Shown: positions 27,287-36,222 of the stretch, piece by piece
Layout: each line of letters starts with the position of its first letter
Numbering within the stretch: position 1 is the first letter of the stretch
NCBI GenBank assembly: GCA_016937015.1
Contig: JAFGWT010000543.1
Span: 30,440 to 94,439 of the forward strand
Length of the DNA: 64,000 nucleotides
Direction of reading: 5' to 3'
Source: Deltaproteobacteria bacterium
GTDB lineage: Bacteria; Myxococcota_A; Polyangia; JAAYKL01
Program-made: the position numbers and the translations under genes
Notes under the pieces: model-generated
The model's database searches: none
Told to the model about the DNA's origin: nothing
Seen by the model: the letters and a program-made list of their open reading frames with translations, nothing else

Positions 27287-28177
27287 ATGAAGATGGTTAC
27301 TTTTACTCGGTCTGCCTTATTATTGTTTTTACTGTTTTTGTTGCTTGCAATGATATCGTGTTCGGAAAAGAGCGCGGATGAGCCACTGAATGACACCAAC
27401 CTCTCGGAGAATCAAGATACTACCACTGATTTTTCTGGCGACACGGATACTGATACCGACACCGATACTGATACAGATACCGACACCGATACTGATACCG
27501 ACACAGATACTGACACAGATACTGATACAGATACTGATACAGATACTGATACCGACACTGATACCGACACTGATACTGATACAGATACCGACACAGATAC
27601 TGTTACCAACACAGATGTCGACATGCATTCCGATTCAGATACGGCTACTGGTTCTGAAGATGATACAGACACTGGTTCCGGTTTAAATACTGATTCTGAT
27701 TTTGATGCTGACAGTGTTACTGACACAGATACGCATGCTGATTCCGACACGAGTGCCGACGCGAATACTGATACCGCAACAGATTCCGGCACCGATGCCG
27801 CCCCGGTGGCTGCTATTCTGGACGATTTACATCCGGGGTGGTACGCAAATGACTGGCACTACAAATCCAACTGCGCCTATAGTAACTGCCACAATGGTCT
27901 TGGTCCGGATCTGCCCACCGATCATGGAAGCTACGACGAACCATATTGCGCGGATTGCCATGGGGGAAATGGCGCATGGAAGCCAAATACTGCACACAAC
28001 CACCACCCGTCCCCCATGCCGACGAATTGTACTGGTTGCCATACCAACGGGCAACATGGCTTTACTCAGGACGCGGATTGCATTGCCTGCCATCTTGCGA
28101 ATGTTGGTACGGTGGATGGCTTCAGCACGCTTGGATGCGAAGCCGTGATATGCCATGCGGTTACCCCCACGCCGTAA
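27287..28177 (+). CDS. lipoprotein with (Asp-Thr)n linker and C-terminal c3-like multihaem cytochrome module
   Basis: GGAGG RBS; signal+lipobox (LAMISC); 3 canonical CxxCH (CADCH, CTGCH, CIACH) plus 2 CxxxxCH (CAYSNCH, CEAVICH) within ~100 aa with many extra His. Confidence 0.6.
   Translation: MKMVTFTRSALLLFLLFLLLAMISCSEKSADEPLNDTNLSENQDTTTDFSGDTDTDTDTDTDTDTDTDTDTDTDTDTDTDTDTDTDTDTDTDTDTDTDTDTDTDTVTNTDVDMHSDSDTATGSEDDTDTGSGLNTDSDFDADSVTDTDTHADSDTSADANTDTATDSGTDAAPVAAILDDLHPGWYANDWHYKSNCAYSNCHNGLGPDLPTDHGSYDEPYCADCHGGNGAWKPNTAHNHHPSPMPTNCTGCHTNGQHGFTQDADCIACHLANVGTVDGFSTLGCEAVICHAVTPTP
27441..27620 (+). repeat. (Asp-Thr)n coding repeat
   Basis: GATACNGACACN-type repeats, ~58 residues of pure DT. 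Confidence 0.9.
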
Positions 28178-28277
28178 TCATGGCTTTTAATGACGTAACC
28201 ATACTATCCGGTCGTGATTAACAGCATAGTGTGAAATTTTCAGTTGGGGCATGGGAAGGAAAGAGCAGCGATTTCTT

Positions 28278-28658
28278 CTATTTTGACGACCAGTTGCCGT
28301 GAATAGTGCAGTATTCCCTTGCAACAAGAGTATCGCTGTAAGGCACGTAAAATTCTGCTTCCGGTGGATCTCCTGGCTTTAGATATTTTCGCTGTACATA
28401 GTCACCGTTGATGACTTCAATCCATTCGATGAAGTGTTCTGCAATCATTGGGTGCGCCGTGGAGCCAACGACCACTTTGATTCCTTTTTCGGTTTTTTCG
28501 ATGATCGGTACGTGCTTCTCAGTGCTGTGATCAGCAGTCTTCTCTTTTTGGAGTGTCATTTCTTTGCCACAGCAGACCAGTGTACCGCCGGATGCATGTC
28601 CGACTTCCACCACATTGCCACATATTTCACATTTGTATATTTCCAGTCTTTTGGTCAT
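28278..28658 (-). CDS. dfx: desulfoferrodoxin (2Fe superoxide reductase)
   Basis: N-terminal desulforedoxin CxxC...CC site (CEICGNVVEV...VCCGKEM) and C-terminal neelaredoxin domain (EKHVPIIE...HPMIAEHFIEWIEV). Confidence 0.9.
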   Translation of the reverse strand: MTKRLEIYKCEICGNVVEVGHASGGTLVCCGKEMTLQKEKTADHSTEKHVPIIEKTEKGIKVVVGSTAHPMIAEHFIEWIEVINGDYVQRKYLKPGDPPEAEFYVPYSDTLVAREYCTIHGNWSSK

Positions 28659-28750
28659 AGCTTCCCCTCTGTCGTTTAATAATGGTCTATTCTTTGCTTT
28701 CTGCTTCGTAGAATAAGCACGGAAAAAATAAAAGCAAACTCCGAGGGAAA

Positions 28751-29167
28751 TTAATTTTCCAGAATATTAAGTCCCACTTCGATATGGGTTTTCAAATCAT
28801 GCATGTTGACCGGTTTGCAGATATAATCGTCGGCGCCACCTTCCAATGCGTCAATTGCATTTTCGAGCCCATCATTACCAGTTAGCATAATGATGTGAAA
28901 ACGTGTTTCGTTGTCCTCTGCAAATTTTCGAGCGTGTTTACACCAGGCGATACCGTCCATTCCAGGCATGGACCAATCCAAAACAACCACCGAAGGCTGG
29001 CCGGGGTCGAGGGCATCAAGGGCTTCTCGCTGGTCGAGATAAAAAGCGGTATCCCAGGAGGTCTCGAGTTTATCGAAATATCTTTTTAAGGAGTTCAGAA
29101 ATATTTCTTCGTCGTCCACAAAAATCACTTTTTCCGTCATTGCTCTCTCCCTGACTGAGTACATCAA
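28751..29167 (-). CDS. single-domain CheY-like response regulator
   Basis: receiver motifs: DD pair (FVDDEE), phospho-Asp context (VVLDWSMPGMDG), conserved T (IIMLTG) and K (YICKP). Confidence 0.8.
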   Translation of the reverse strand: MMYSVRERAMTEKVIFVDDEEIFLNSLKRYFDKLETSWDTAFYLDQREALDALDPGQPSVVVLDWSMPGMDGIAWCKHARKFAEDNETRFHIIMLTGNDGLENAIDALEGGADDYICKPVNMHDLKTHIEVGLNILEN

Positions 29168-29433
29168 AGAAGCATAATTCTCAGTTTCTCACCTATATAG
29201 CGTCCGTTAGGTTGCCAGATTAAGCTGCTGGCAGAAAAAATTCGAAAAAATGCCATCGCCGAGAGGGAGTGCATATTTGCCAACTGTTTGTTTTTTTTAA
29301 ACAAACATGCCCATTATTTCCTTTTACAGATTCGTTTTGCGTTGGATTTATAAGACAGTTTTATGTATTGTCGTTATATTGTTTTAATTGTTGCCTTTAA
29401 CAATCCCATCTCGATGTGAAAACGTAGGTCAGT

Positions 29434-31062
29434 ATGAAAAAAAGCAGGTTTTTTAAAGAATCCAAGTTGCGAAAGTATAAAGATAAAGCCAGCGATTTGA
29501 TCGAAAAAGGCAAGTACGAAAAAGCGCTATCCATCTACAGGGATATCCTTCAGGCGTTTCCCAACGATACCGCGATTATGCTCAAAATTGGGGATTTGTG
29601 TAAAAAGATGAATTTGATCCCTGAAGCGGTGGCAGTCTACAGCGCCGCTGCGGAATACCATGCCCAGTCGGGAAGATTGCTTCAGGCCATTGCGGTCTGT
29701 CGGCTGATACTCGAAGTCGATGGATCACATCGCGCCACTCAGCAGAAACTCGCGTCACTCTACGCGCAAAAATATGGTTCCTCTGAGTTGTCGGGCATAA
29801 CGGATTTGAATGAAGCAGTGGAAGCACCCACAGGGGCGGAAAGTATCAGACTCACGGAAGCAGACCTGAAGCCTCGGCCGCGGGTGTCTACCAGTGCCGC
29901 GCCATCAGTCTCGTCGCCGGCATCCCAATTTGACGATACAACTGAAAATCCACTTGCGGGCAATTCCGATGAAACCGCGAAGGTACAGGTTTTCGAGCTT
30001 GACGAGTATGCCGCATCCAATGCGGAAACGTCTGGAACAGATGGGCTGCGGCTTGATTTTACGCCGGTATTTGAGAACGATGAGGAGCCATCGGCCGTAT
30101 ATGAGCAAGAGGATTTGGATGAGTATCTGGCTGAGCTGAAGGCGGCGGGACTAACGAGCGAACTGGAAGCGGAGCAGGAGGCACTAAATGCAGGTCCTCG
30201 GCCAGCAACTGAGCGCAATTTGATACTGCAAATATCCAGGCCCGCGCCACCACCGCAAACCCTTCCGCCGATGCCACTCTTTTCCAGTTTGGACGAAGGC
30301 GCGTTGATTGACCTGATTAACGAACTCCCGATGCGACATTTTGAAGCACTCGAGACAATTGTGAGTGATGGCGACCACGGTGATTCATTTTTTATTATTA
30401 TTTCGGGTAGCGTGGAAGTCTTTAAAAATGGCGAGAGCCTGGCCACCCTTGAAGAAGGCGCTTTTTTTGGCGAAATGGCCATGCTCTTTCCTGGTCCCAG
30501 GCAGGCGACAGTGGTTACAGTGGAACCATGCGACCTGTTCGAAATTTCGAATGAACAGTTGAACAGATTACGGATGAACCATCCACGCGTTGGCAGGGTT
30601 TTACTCGAATTCGCTGAGGATCGACTGCTGAATAATCTCCTGAATACATCCCCAATTTTTGCACCGTTCGACGATGTGGAGAGACAGTCGCTTATGGACA
30701 AATTTGAACCTTATCTTATCGATCCCGGAACAGTCGTGATTCAGGAAGGGGAGCAGTCTTCGGGACTGTATCTGATTGTCATTGGTGAAGTATCTGTCAC
30801 TATGACTGGCGATAACGGAGAGCCCACCGAGATTGAAAGGCTGAAGGGAAACGAAATATTTGGAGAGGTTTCGCTGCTGTCGCATTCCGGCGCGATTTCC
30901 ACAGTGACCACTGCAACTCAGACCCGTGTACTCATGCTGCCACGCGCCCGTTTCAGTGAACTCATTATGACCCACCCACAGGTGCTGGAGTTGGTAGCCG
31001 CTATTTCCGATGAGCGCATCGCCACAATGAAAGCAATTAAGGAAGGCCTTTCAAATCAATAG
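29434..31062 (+). CDS. TPR + two cyclic-nucleotide-binding (cNMP) domains, no recognisable output domain
   Basis: N-terminal TPR-like helices; two cNMP modules with FGE-M-A-L and FGEVSLL phosphate-binding-cassette motifs. Confidence 0.75.
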   Translation: MKKSRFFKESKLRKYKDKASDLIEKGKYEKALSIYRDILQAFPNDTAIMLKIGDLCKKMNLIPEAVAVYSAAAEYHAQSGRLLQAIAVCRLILEVDGSHRATQQKLASLYAQKYGSSELSGITDLNEAVEAPTGAESIRLTEADLKPRPRVSTSAAPSVSSPASQFDDTTENPLAGNSDETAKVQVFELDEYAASNAETSGTDGLRLDFTPVFENDEEPSAVYEQEDLDEYLAELKAAGLTSELEAEQEALNAGPRPATERNLILQISRPAPPPQTLPPMPLFSSLDEGALIDLINELPMRHFEALETIVSDGDHGDSFFIIISGSVEVFKNGESLATLEEGAFFGEMAMLFPGPRQATVVTVEPCDLFEISNEQLNRLRMNHPRVGRVLLEFAEDRLLNNLLNTSPIFAPFDDVERQSLMDKFEPYLIDPGTVVIQEGEQSSGLYLIVIGEVSVTMTGDNGEPTEIERLKGNEIFGEVSLLSHSGAISTVTTATQTRVLMLPRARFSELIMTHPQVLELVAAISDERIATMKAIKEGLSNQ

Positions 31063-31125
31063 ACTCGTTTATACCGCTCACTTTGTTATTGGAGATTCTT
31101 TAGAAGAAATTGAGTTTCTTGCTGA

Positions 31126-31272
31126 TTAGTTGCTCAGCAACAAATGTACGGTCATAAACAATGCCAGCGCCGCAAAAACACTGATTCCATAAACAGTGGG
31201 GCCGTTTTTTTCCAACCAGGTGCGCTGGCTATTTTCTTTATTGTCAATTTTTTTATCGTTAATGTCTGTCAT
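31126..31272 (-). CDS. possible 48-aa small membrane protein (unannotated in ORF track, <60 aa)
   Basis: ATG at 31272..31270 to TAA at 31128..31126; C-terminal hydrophobic helix GISVFAALALFMTVHLLL; no clear RBS. Confidence 0.2.
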   Translation of the reverse strand: MTDINDKKIDNKENSQRTWLEKNGPTVYGISVFAALALFMTVHLLLSN

Positions 31273-31985
31273 ACTGCACTCCATATGTTTTCACATGGAT
31301 TAAATCGCACCATGTGAACAGGCTGTTGTCGTTATGCTATTTTTTTTCAGAACTAATATGCCTTCAGCTGGTTACATCCTGCTTAGGCTATGCATGTGAC
31401 AGTTGAGGCGGTCGTTCGGGGAGAAACCGGTAATCGCCACCTGCGCGCGACATGGGGAGGCATGGGGGGATGACCACAAAAAAAATACCATATGCAAACT
31501 GAATATTAATTGGGATTTCTGCAGAAAACGATTCTTCTTCCAGCAGATGTGACGTGTCTGCCGGCACATGAAAGGGTAAGTCCGCCGCATTTGGCATGTG
31601 CAAAACAGAGCGCTTAACCGTAAAATCCGTCGGTTCTTCAATTGACTGCATCATCAGCCACATGGAGGCACAAACAGCTGATATTATTAAAAATGCAATA
31701 TATTTTAAAGAGTTACGGAACACGATACCTGCCTTTTATTGAACGGCGAATCATCCTTGCAAATCGTTGATTTGAACCGACCGCCTTATTAATTATATAA
31801 GCAGTGCTGCACTGAACGCAACCCGGAGACACATTTTGGCGGTAACGTGCGGGCAACAATACATACTCACCGGCCCCCAAAAAAAATATCCGGTTTCCCA
31901 TTTTTGTTTCTCCAGGTGTTCATATCGCAAAAGCAATTACATGCAGCAGGCAACCGTCAGCTGCGTGGGAGGGGAGACGACGTTT

Positions 31986-34145
31986 ATGAAACAGAAAAGA
32001 ATATTTAGACACATCGGGTGGCTTGCGGTGCGGGCTGTTTTACTGTCAGTGACACTGCTTGGGACAGGATGCGGCGACGATGCCGGCGAATGGCAGAGCA
32101 TGAAGGTCCGGATGGTGCGCCACAACCTTATTTCTTTCAACAATGCACAGTCGTTTGTGGCGTATGCACAGGACGCAGCCAGCCAACGCATGCGGGCAGA
32201 GGTTGAACTTCAACGTGCTCAGGACATTGCGTGGCTGACCACCGAGCCGGCATTGCGTGATATGCCAACCGCCAACGCTGATGTTGATTACGCCGAAGAT
32301 ATGGATTCGAGTTCTTCAGATGCCAAAGGCGATGACGCCGGCGGCACGGCAGGGCATTCAACGACGAACACCCAGGAGGCTGGTGTGGATGAGGCGGACA
32401 TAGTTAAAACCGATGGGCAGTATATCTATGCTTTGAGTGGCGGAAAGCTGGTTATCGTAAAAACGCAGGAAGGCGTTTTAACAAAATCCGGCAGCATTGA
32501 CGTGGGTGGGTTCGCAAGGGAGATGTTCATTAACGGTAACGTGGTCGCTGTGTTTTCGAATCGTGCAGAAGCGGATGTGCCAGAAGAAATGCGCTATCCA
32601 ATGAACGATAATGCAAATCTGTACAACATCAAATATGACGACATGTCCGTAGATGATGTGGCGATGCCCGATTCGGATCCAGGAACGGGAAAAGCCTATT
32701 GCGACGAGTATGGTTGTGCAGGCAACACATATCTGCAACTGGCGCTCGTGGATGTGAGCAATCCATCGGCGCCGTCGCTTATCCGCACGATGATTTACGG
32801 CGGACAGTATGTGACGTCTCGCATGGTTAATGGCGTTGCGCGTCTCGTGCTGGACACACCTCTGTATAATCTCTCCATGACCTGGGACTATGGCGACAAT
32901 CCGGACTGGTCAACAGAGCAGGGGCTCAATACGGCCTATGCGAACGTGATTCGCGAAAATGAAACCGCATTCAGCGCATTGACGATGAAAGACATTGTTC
33001 CCGGAAAATGGGATTCCAAAACAAACGCAGTCACACTTCTGGTGAATCCTGAAAATATTACTGCGCCGCAAACACCCAATGGGGTTGGATTACAAACAAT
33101 TGTGTCTATTGATTTAAATAGCCCTATGGCCGATTCCACGCAGGAAGGTGTTTTTTCACAGCGTGGCATTGTCTATGCCAGCACAGAATCCCTTTATCTC
33201 ACAAGTGCCAGAGACTGGGTATCCCTTGCAATGGAATCGGGCCTTTGGTCAGGTTATGAAAACCAGACAACCGGTATTCATAAATTTGACATCAGCGGCA
33301 ACACATTGGATGTTCCCTGGTTGGCCACCGGCACTGTGGACGGACGGCTGCTGAATCAGTTCAGCATGGGCGAGAAGGATGGATACCTGCGGGTTGCGTC
33401 CACTACAGGTGATTTCTGGTGGGGCGATGCTGGAAACACGCTGGACAACCACGTGTTTGTCTTGGGGCAGGCGGGAACGATGCTTAAACAGATCGGCCAT
33501 ATAAGTGGACTCGGTGCGGGAGAGGAAATCTACGCCGTGCGTTTCATGGGCGACAAAGCATTTATTGTCACATTTTTCCAGAGCGATCCCCTGTTCACCA
33601 TTGACCTTAGCGACCCCGCGAACCCAACAAAACTGGGCGAATGGGTTGGTCCGGGATATTCAACGTATCTGCATCCGTACGGCGACAATCTGTTGATTGC
33701 ACTTGGGGAGGAAGACTGGCAACCGACGATCTCCCTATACAATATTGCAGATTTCTTCAATCCGGTTCTGGTTCAGCGCATTCCGCTTGGCACTGACGCA
33801 TGGAGTGCTGCGCTCTACGATCACAAGGCATTCACCTTTAATCCCGAAACAGGCTTTTTGGCTCTTCCCTTCAGTGGCTGGACAGACGGTTTTCAGACGG
33901 GAATTTTGACTTACAAAATCAGTGAGGGCGGTATCGAACCCCGCGGAACCCTTAACATGGCCACTGAGGATGACTCATATTACTCTGAAGCGTTGCGTTC
34001 GATGTACATTGATGAGTTTCTCTATGGAATGTCCAGATGCAGCATCGGTTCGGCGCCAATCGATTCTCCGGAAAGCATCACTTCAAGCGTGGCATTGTTT
34101 GACGGAGAAAACTGCGCCGGCGATTTGTATCCGTACTGGTACTGA
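31986..34145 (+). CDS. secreted beta-propeller-domain protein (COG4880/Beta_propel-like)
   Basis: start at MKQKRIF with signal/lipobox (LLGTGCG); early EAGVDEADIVKTDGQYIYALSGGKLVIV motif that I recall as characteristic of this family; ~700-aa beta-rich remainder. Confidence 0.5.
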   Translation: MKQKRIFRHIGWLAVRAVLLSVTLLGTGCGDDAGEWQSMKVRMVRHNLISFNNAQSFVAYAQDAASQRMRAEVELQRAQDIAWLTTEPALRDMPTANADVDYAEDMDSSSSDAKGDDAGGTAGHSTTNTQEAGVDEADIVKTDGQYIYALSGGKLVIVKTQEGVLTKSGSIDVGGFAREMFINGNVVAVFSNRAEADVPEEMRYPMNDNANLYNIKYDDMSVDDVAMPDSDPGTGKAYCDEYGCAGNTYLQLALVDVSNPSAPSLIRTMIYGGQYVTSRMVNGVARLVLDTPLYNLSMTWDYGDNPDWSTEQGLNTAYANVIRENETAFSALTMKDIVPGKWDSKTNAVTLLVNPENITAPQTPNGVGLQTIVSIDLNSPMADSTQEGVFSQRGIVYASTESLYLTSARDWVSLAMESGLWSGYENQTTGIHKFDISGNTLDVPWLATGTVDGRLLNQFSMGEKDGYLRVASTTGDFWWGDAGNTLDNHVFVLGQAGTMLKQIGHISGLGAGEEIYAVRFMGDKAFIVTFFQSDPLFTIDLSDPANPTKLGEWVGPGYSTYLHPYGDNLLIALGEEDWQPTISLYNIADFFNPVLVQRIPLGTDAWSAALYDHKAFTFNPETGFLALPFSGWTDGFQTGILTYKISEGGIEPRGTLNMATEDDSYYSEALRSMYIDEFLYGMSRCSIGSAPIDSPESITSSVALFDGENCAGDLYPYWY

Positions 34146-34473
34146 TGGCGGTGTGATACACAGCGCAGTACTTGGGTAACCGCCAGCTGAAGCGTGGGAA
34201 TGTCACGCAAATAGCTATAATCAAAGTTGATAAATTTCCACATGCTTGATTTGCGCAACGAAAAAAAACGAAACATTTTTGTGCAACTGATTAATGGGGA
34301 AATACAATTGTGTGCCGTGAAAAAATCTGTTATTGACTGCCACTCCCTCAGATAATGCCGTAATTCAGTAACTTTTTTGTAGGTTGTACATTCTGGTACA
34401 TATATTGCTTGCGCCTCGACGTCGTTTAACATGCGACATAATCGAGATTTCAGCTACGCAAGGAGACAACTCA

Positions 34474-35763
34474 ATGGCCCTAAGACCAAACAAACTTCTA
34501 ATTTTGTTTTTCGCCGTTCTTTCTCTGTTGTCCAGTCAAAGCGCCGTGGCGGCAGACACTGACGGATTGACAGCAATTACAAATTCTTCGAACACACTGT
34601 TTATATTGATTGGCGCGGTGATGATCCTTGCCATGCACAGTGGATTCGCATTTCTTGAAGTGGGTTCCGTGCGCAGAAAAAACCAGGTAAACGCATTAAA
34701 TAAAATTATCGCCGAGTGGGGGTTTTCAACACTTATATATTTCTTCATCGGATATCCCATATCGAGGGGAATCAATTTCCTGGTGCCAATCAGTGATATG
34801 TCAGCGAACAACGGACTCGACTATGTCCGGTTCTTTCTGTTTCTTGGATTTGCAGCCTGTATCCCCGCAATTATTTCAGGCGGCGTTGCTGAGCGTTCAA
34901 AGTTTTGGACAAACTCCATTGCCGGCGGAATATTTGTCGGTCTGGTGTATCCATTTATCGAAGGCGCCACCTGGGGCGAGTTTTCGACCACATTGGGGGG
35001 TACAGAAGGATGGCTGGCGACAACCTTTGGCGCACCGTTCCATGACTTTGCAGGCTCGGTGGTGGTGCATGCCACGGGCGGCTGGCTCGCATTGCCCGCA
35101 GTTATTCTGTTGGGGCCACGCATTCGTGTCGCCGAAACCGATACCATTGAGGTTAGCTCAATTCCGTTTTTGGCGCTGGGGTCATGGATTCTGATTGTAG
35201 GGTGGTTTGGATTTAATGTAATGAGCGCCGGTGCGATAAATAACATCTCAGGTCTGGTTGCCATTAACTCTTTGCTCGCAATGGTTGGCGGCACCATCGC
35301 TGCATTGATTGTGTCCAAAAATGATGCAGGATTTGTACACAACGGCGCACTCGCTGGCTTGGTGGCAGTGTGTGCCGGTTCAGATTTGTATCATCCCGTG
35401 GGCGCTTTGGTTGTGGGTGCTGTTGCTGGTCTTATTTTCGTATTTATGTTTCAGGTTGAGTCGTCCAAACTCAAATGGGATGATGTGCTTGGCGTTTGGC
35501 CCCTACACGGCCTGTGTGGTATCTGGGGGGGGATCGCTGCGGGGATCTTTGGTATGGAAGCATTGGGCGGTGCAGGTGGCGTATCGTTTATGTCACAAAT
35601 CATCGTTTCACTGGGCGTTATCGCTGTCTCACTGGTTGCCAGCTTTGGAGTGTACGGATTATTAAAGAAAACGGTTGGTATCCGGTTGCATGCACAGCAG
35701 GAGCGTATTGGTTCAGATATTTCCATTCATGCCATTGCATCATCTCCGGAAGAGATGTTTTGA
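34474..35763 (+). CDS. amt: ammonium transporter (Amt family)
   Basis: AGGAGA RBS; signal peptide, 11 TM helices, Amt signatures (DFAGGTVVH-like DFAGSVVVHATGG; twin-His region), followed by P-II gene. Confidence 0.9.
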   Translation: MALRPNKLLILFFAVLSLLSSQSAVAADTDGLTAITNSSNTLFILIGAVMILAMHSGFAFLEVGSVRRKNQVNALNKIIAEWGFSTLIYFFIGYPISRGINFLVPISDMSANNGLDYVRFFLFLGFAACIPAIISGGVAERSKFWTNSIAGGIFVGLVYPFIEGATWGEFSTTLGGTEGWLATTFGAPFHDFAGSVVVHATGGWLALPAVILLGPRIRVAETDTIEVSSIPFLALGSWILIVGWFGFNVMSAGAINNISGLVAINSLLAMVGGTIAALIVSKNDAGFVHNGALAGLVAVCAGSDLYHPVGALVVGAVAGLIFVFMFQVESSKLKWDDVLGVWPLHGLCGIWGGIAAGIFGMEALGGAGGVSFMSQIIVSLGVIAVSLVASFGVYGLLKKTVGIRLHAQQERIGSDISIHAIASSPEEMF

Positions 35764-35831
35764 ATTCAGGTATTCAACTACTCAGGTGTAAAACCACAAC
35801 GTATTTTACTGATTTATTTAAGGACAGGACT

Positions 35832-36173
35832 ATGAAACTTGTAATCGCAATCATTCAACCAGAGCGGCTTTCCTACGTTAAAGAAGAACTGTTTAAGGCC
35901 GAAGTGCGCAAGATGACAGTCAGTCGAGTTAAAGGCTGCGGACAGCAGATGGGATACGAATCATCTTACCGCGGCAAAATTCATTCTGTTAATCTTCTGG
36001 ACAAAATACGAATTGGTATCGTGGTGAATGATGATTTTGAGCAGAAGACCATCGATGCAATTGTTGCGGGCGCGCGTACCGGAAACATTGGTGACGGAAA
36101 AATATTTGTACAGGAGCTGCACCGGTGCATCCGTATTCGAACTGGCGAAGAAGGTCACGATGCAGTTGGATAA
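35832..36173 (+). CDS. glnK: nitrogen regulatory protein P-II
   Basis: MKLVIAIIQPERL... 113 aa; T-loop RYRG-like segment (YRGKIHSVNLL); amt-glnK pairing. Confidence 0.9.
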   Translation: MKLVIAIIQPERLSYVKEELFKAEVRKMTVSRVKGCGQQMGYESSYRGKIHSVNLLDKIRIGIVVNDDFEQKTIDAIVAGARTGNIGDGKIFVQELHRCIRIRTGEEGHDAVG

Positions 36174-36222
36174 CCATTAATCTGTAGCTGTAGGAAGCGA
36201 AAATCCCAATGCAGTGCAGCAG

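Noticed and set aside
29760-30701. 313-aa Ser-rich minus-strand ORF inside the cNMP-binding gene.
   Set aside because: It is antisense to a well-supported CDS with two intact cNMP cassettes, and its composition is biased with no motifs.
31062-31985. Possible mobile element or island in the ~900-bp low-coding stretch with small minus-strand ORFs (31372..31641, 31388..31723, 31713..31901).
   Set aside because: There are no integrase/transposase motifs, no flanking direct or inverted repeats, and no tRNA. The small ORFs lack RBS and recognisable motifs, so I left them as unannotated apart from a tentative 48-aa membrane peptide.
35496-36173. 225-aa ORF spanning the amt 3' end through glnK.
   Set aside because: Only the last 113 codons (MKLVIAII...) are P-II. 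The upstream part is an out-of-frame read-through of amt, so glnK is called at 35832.
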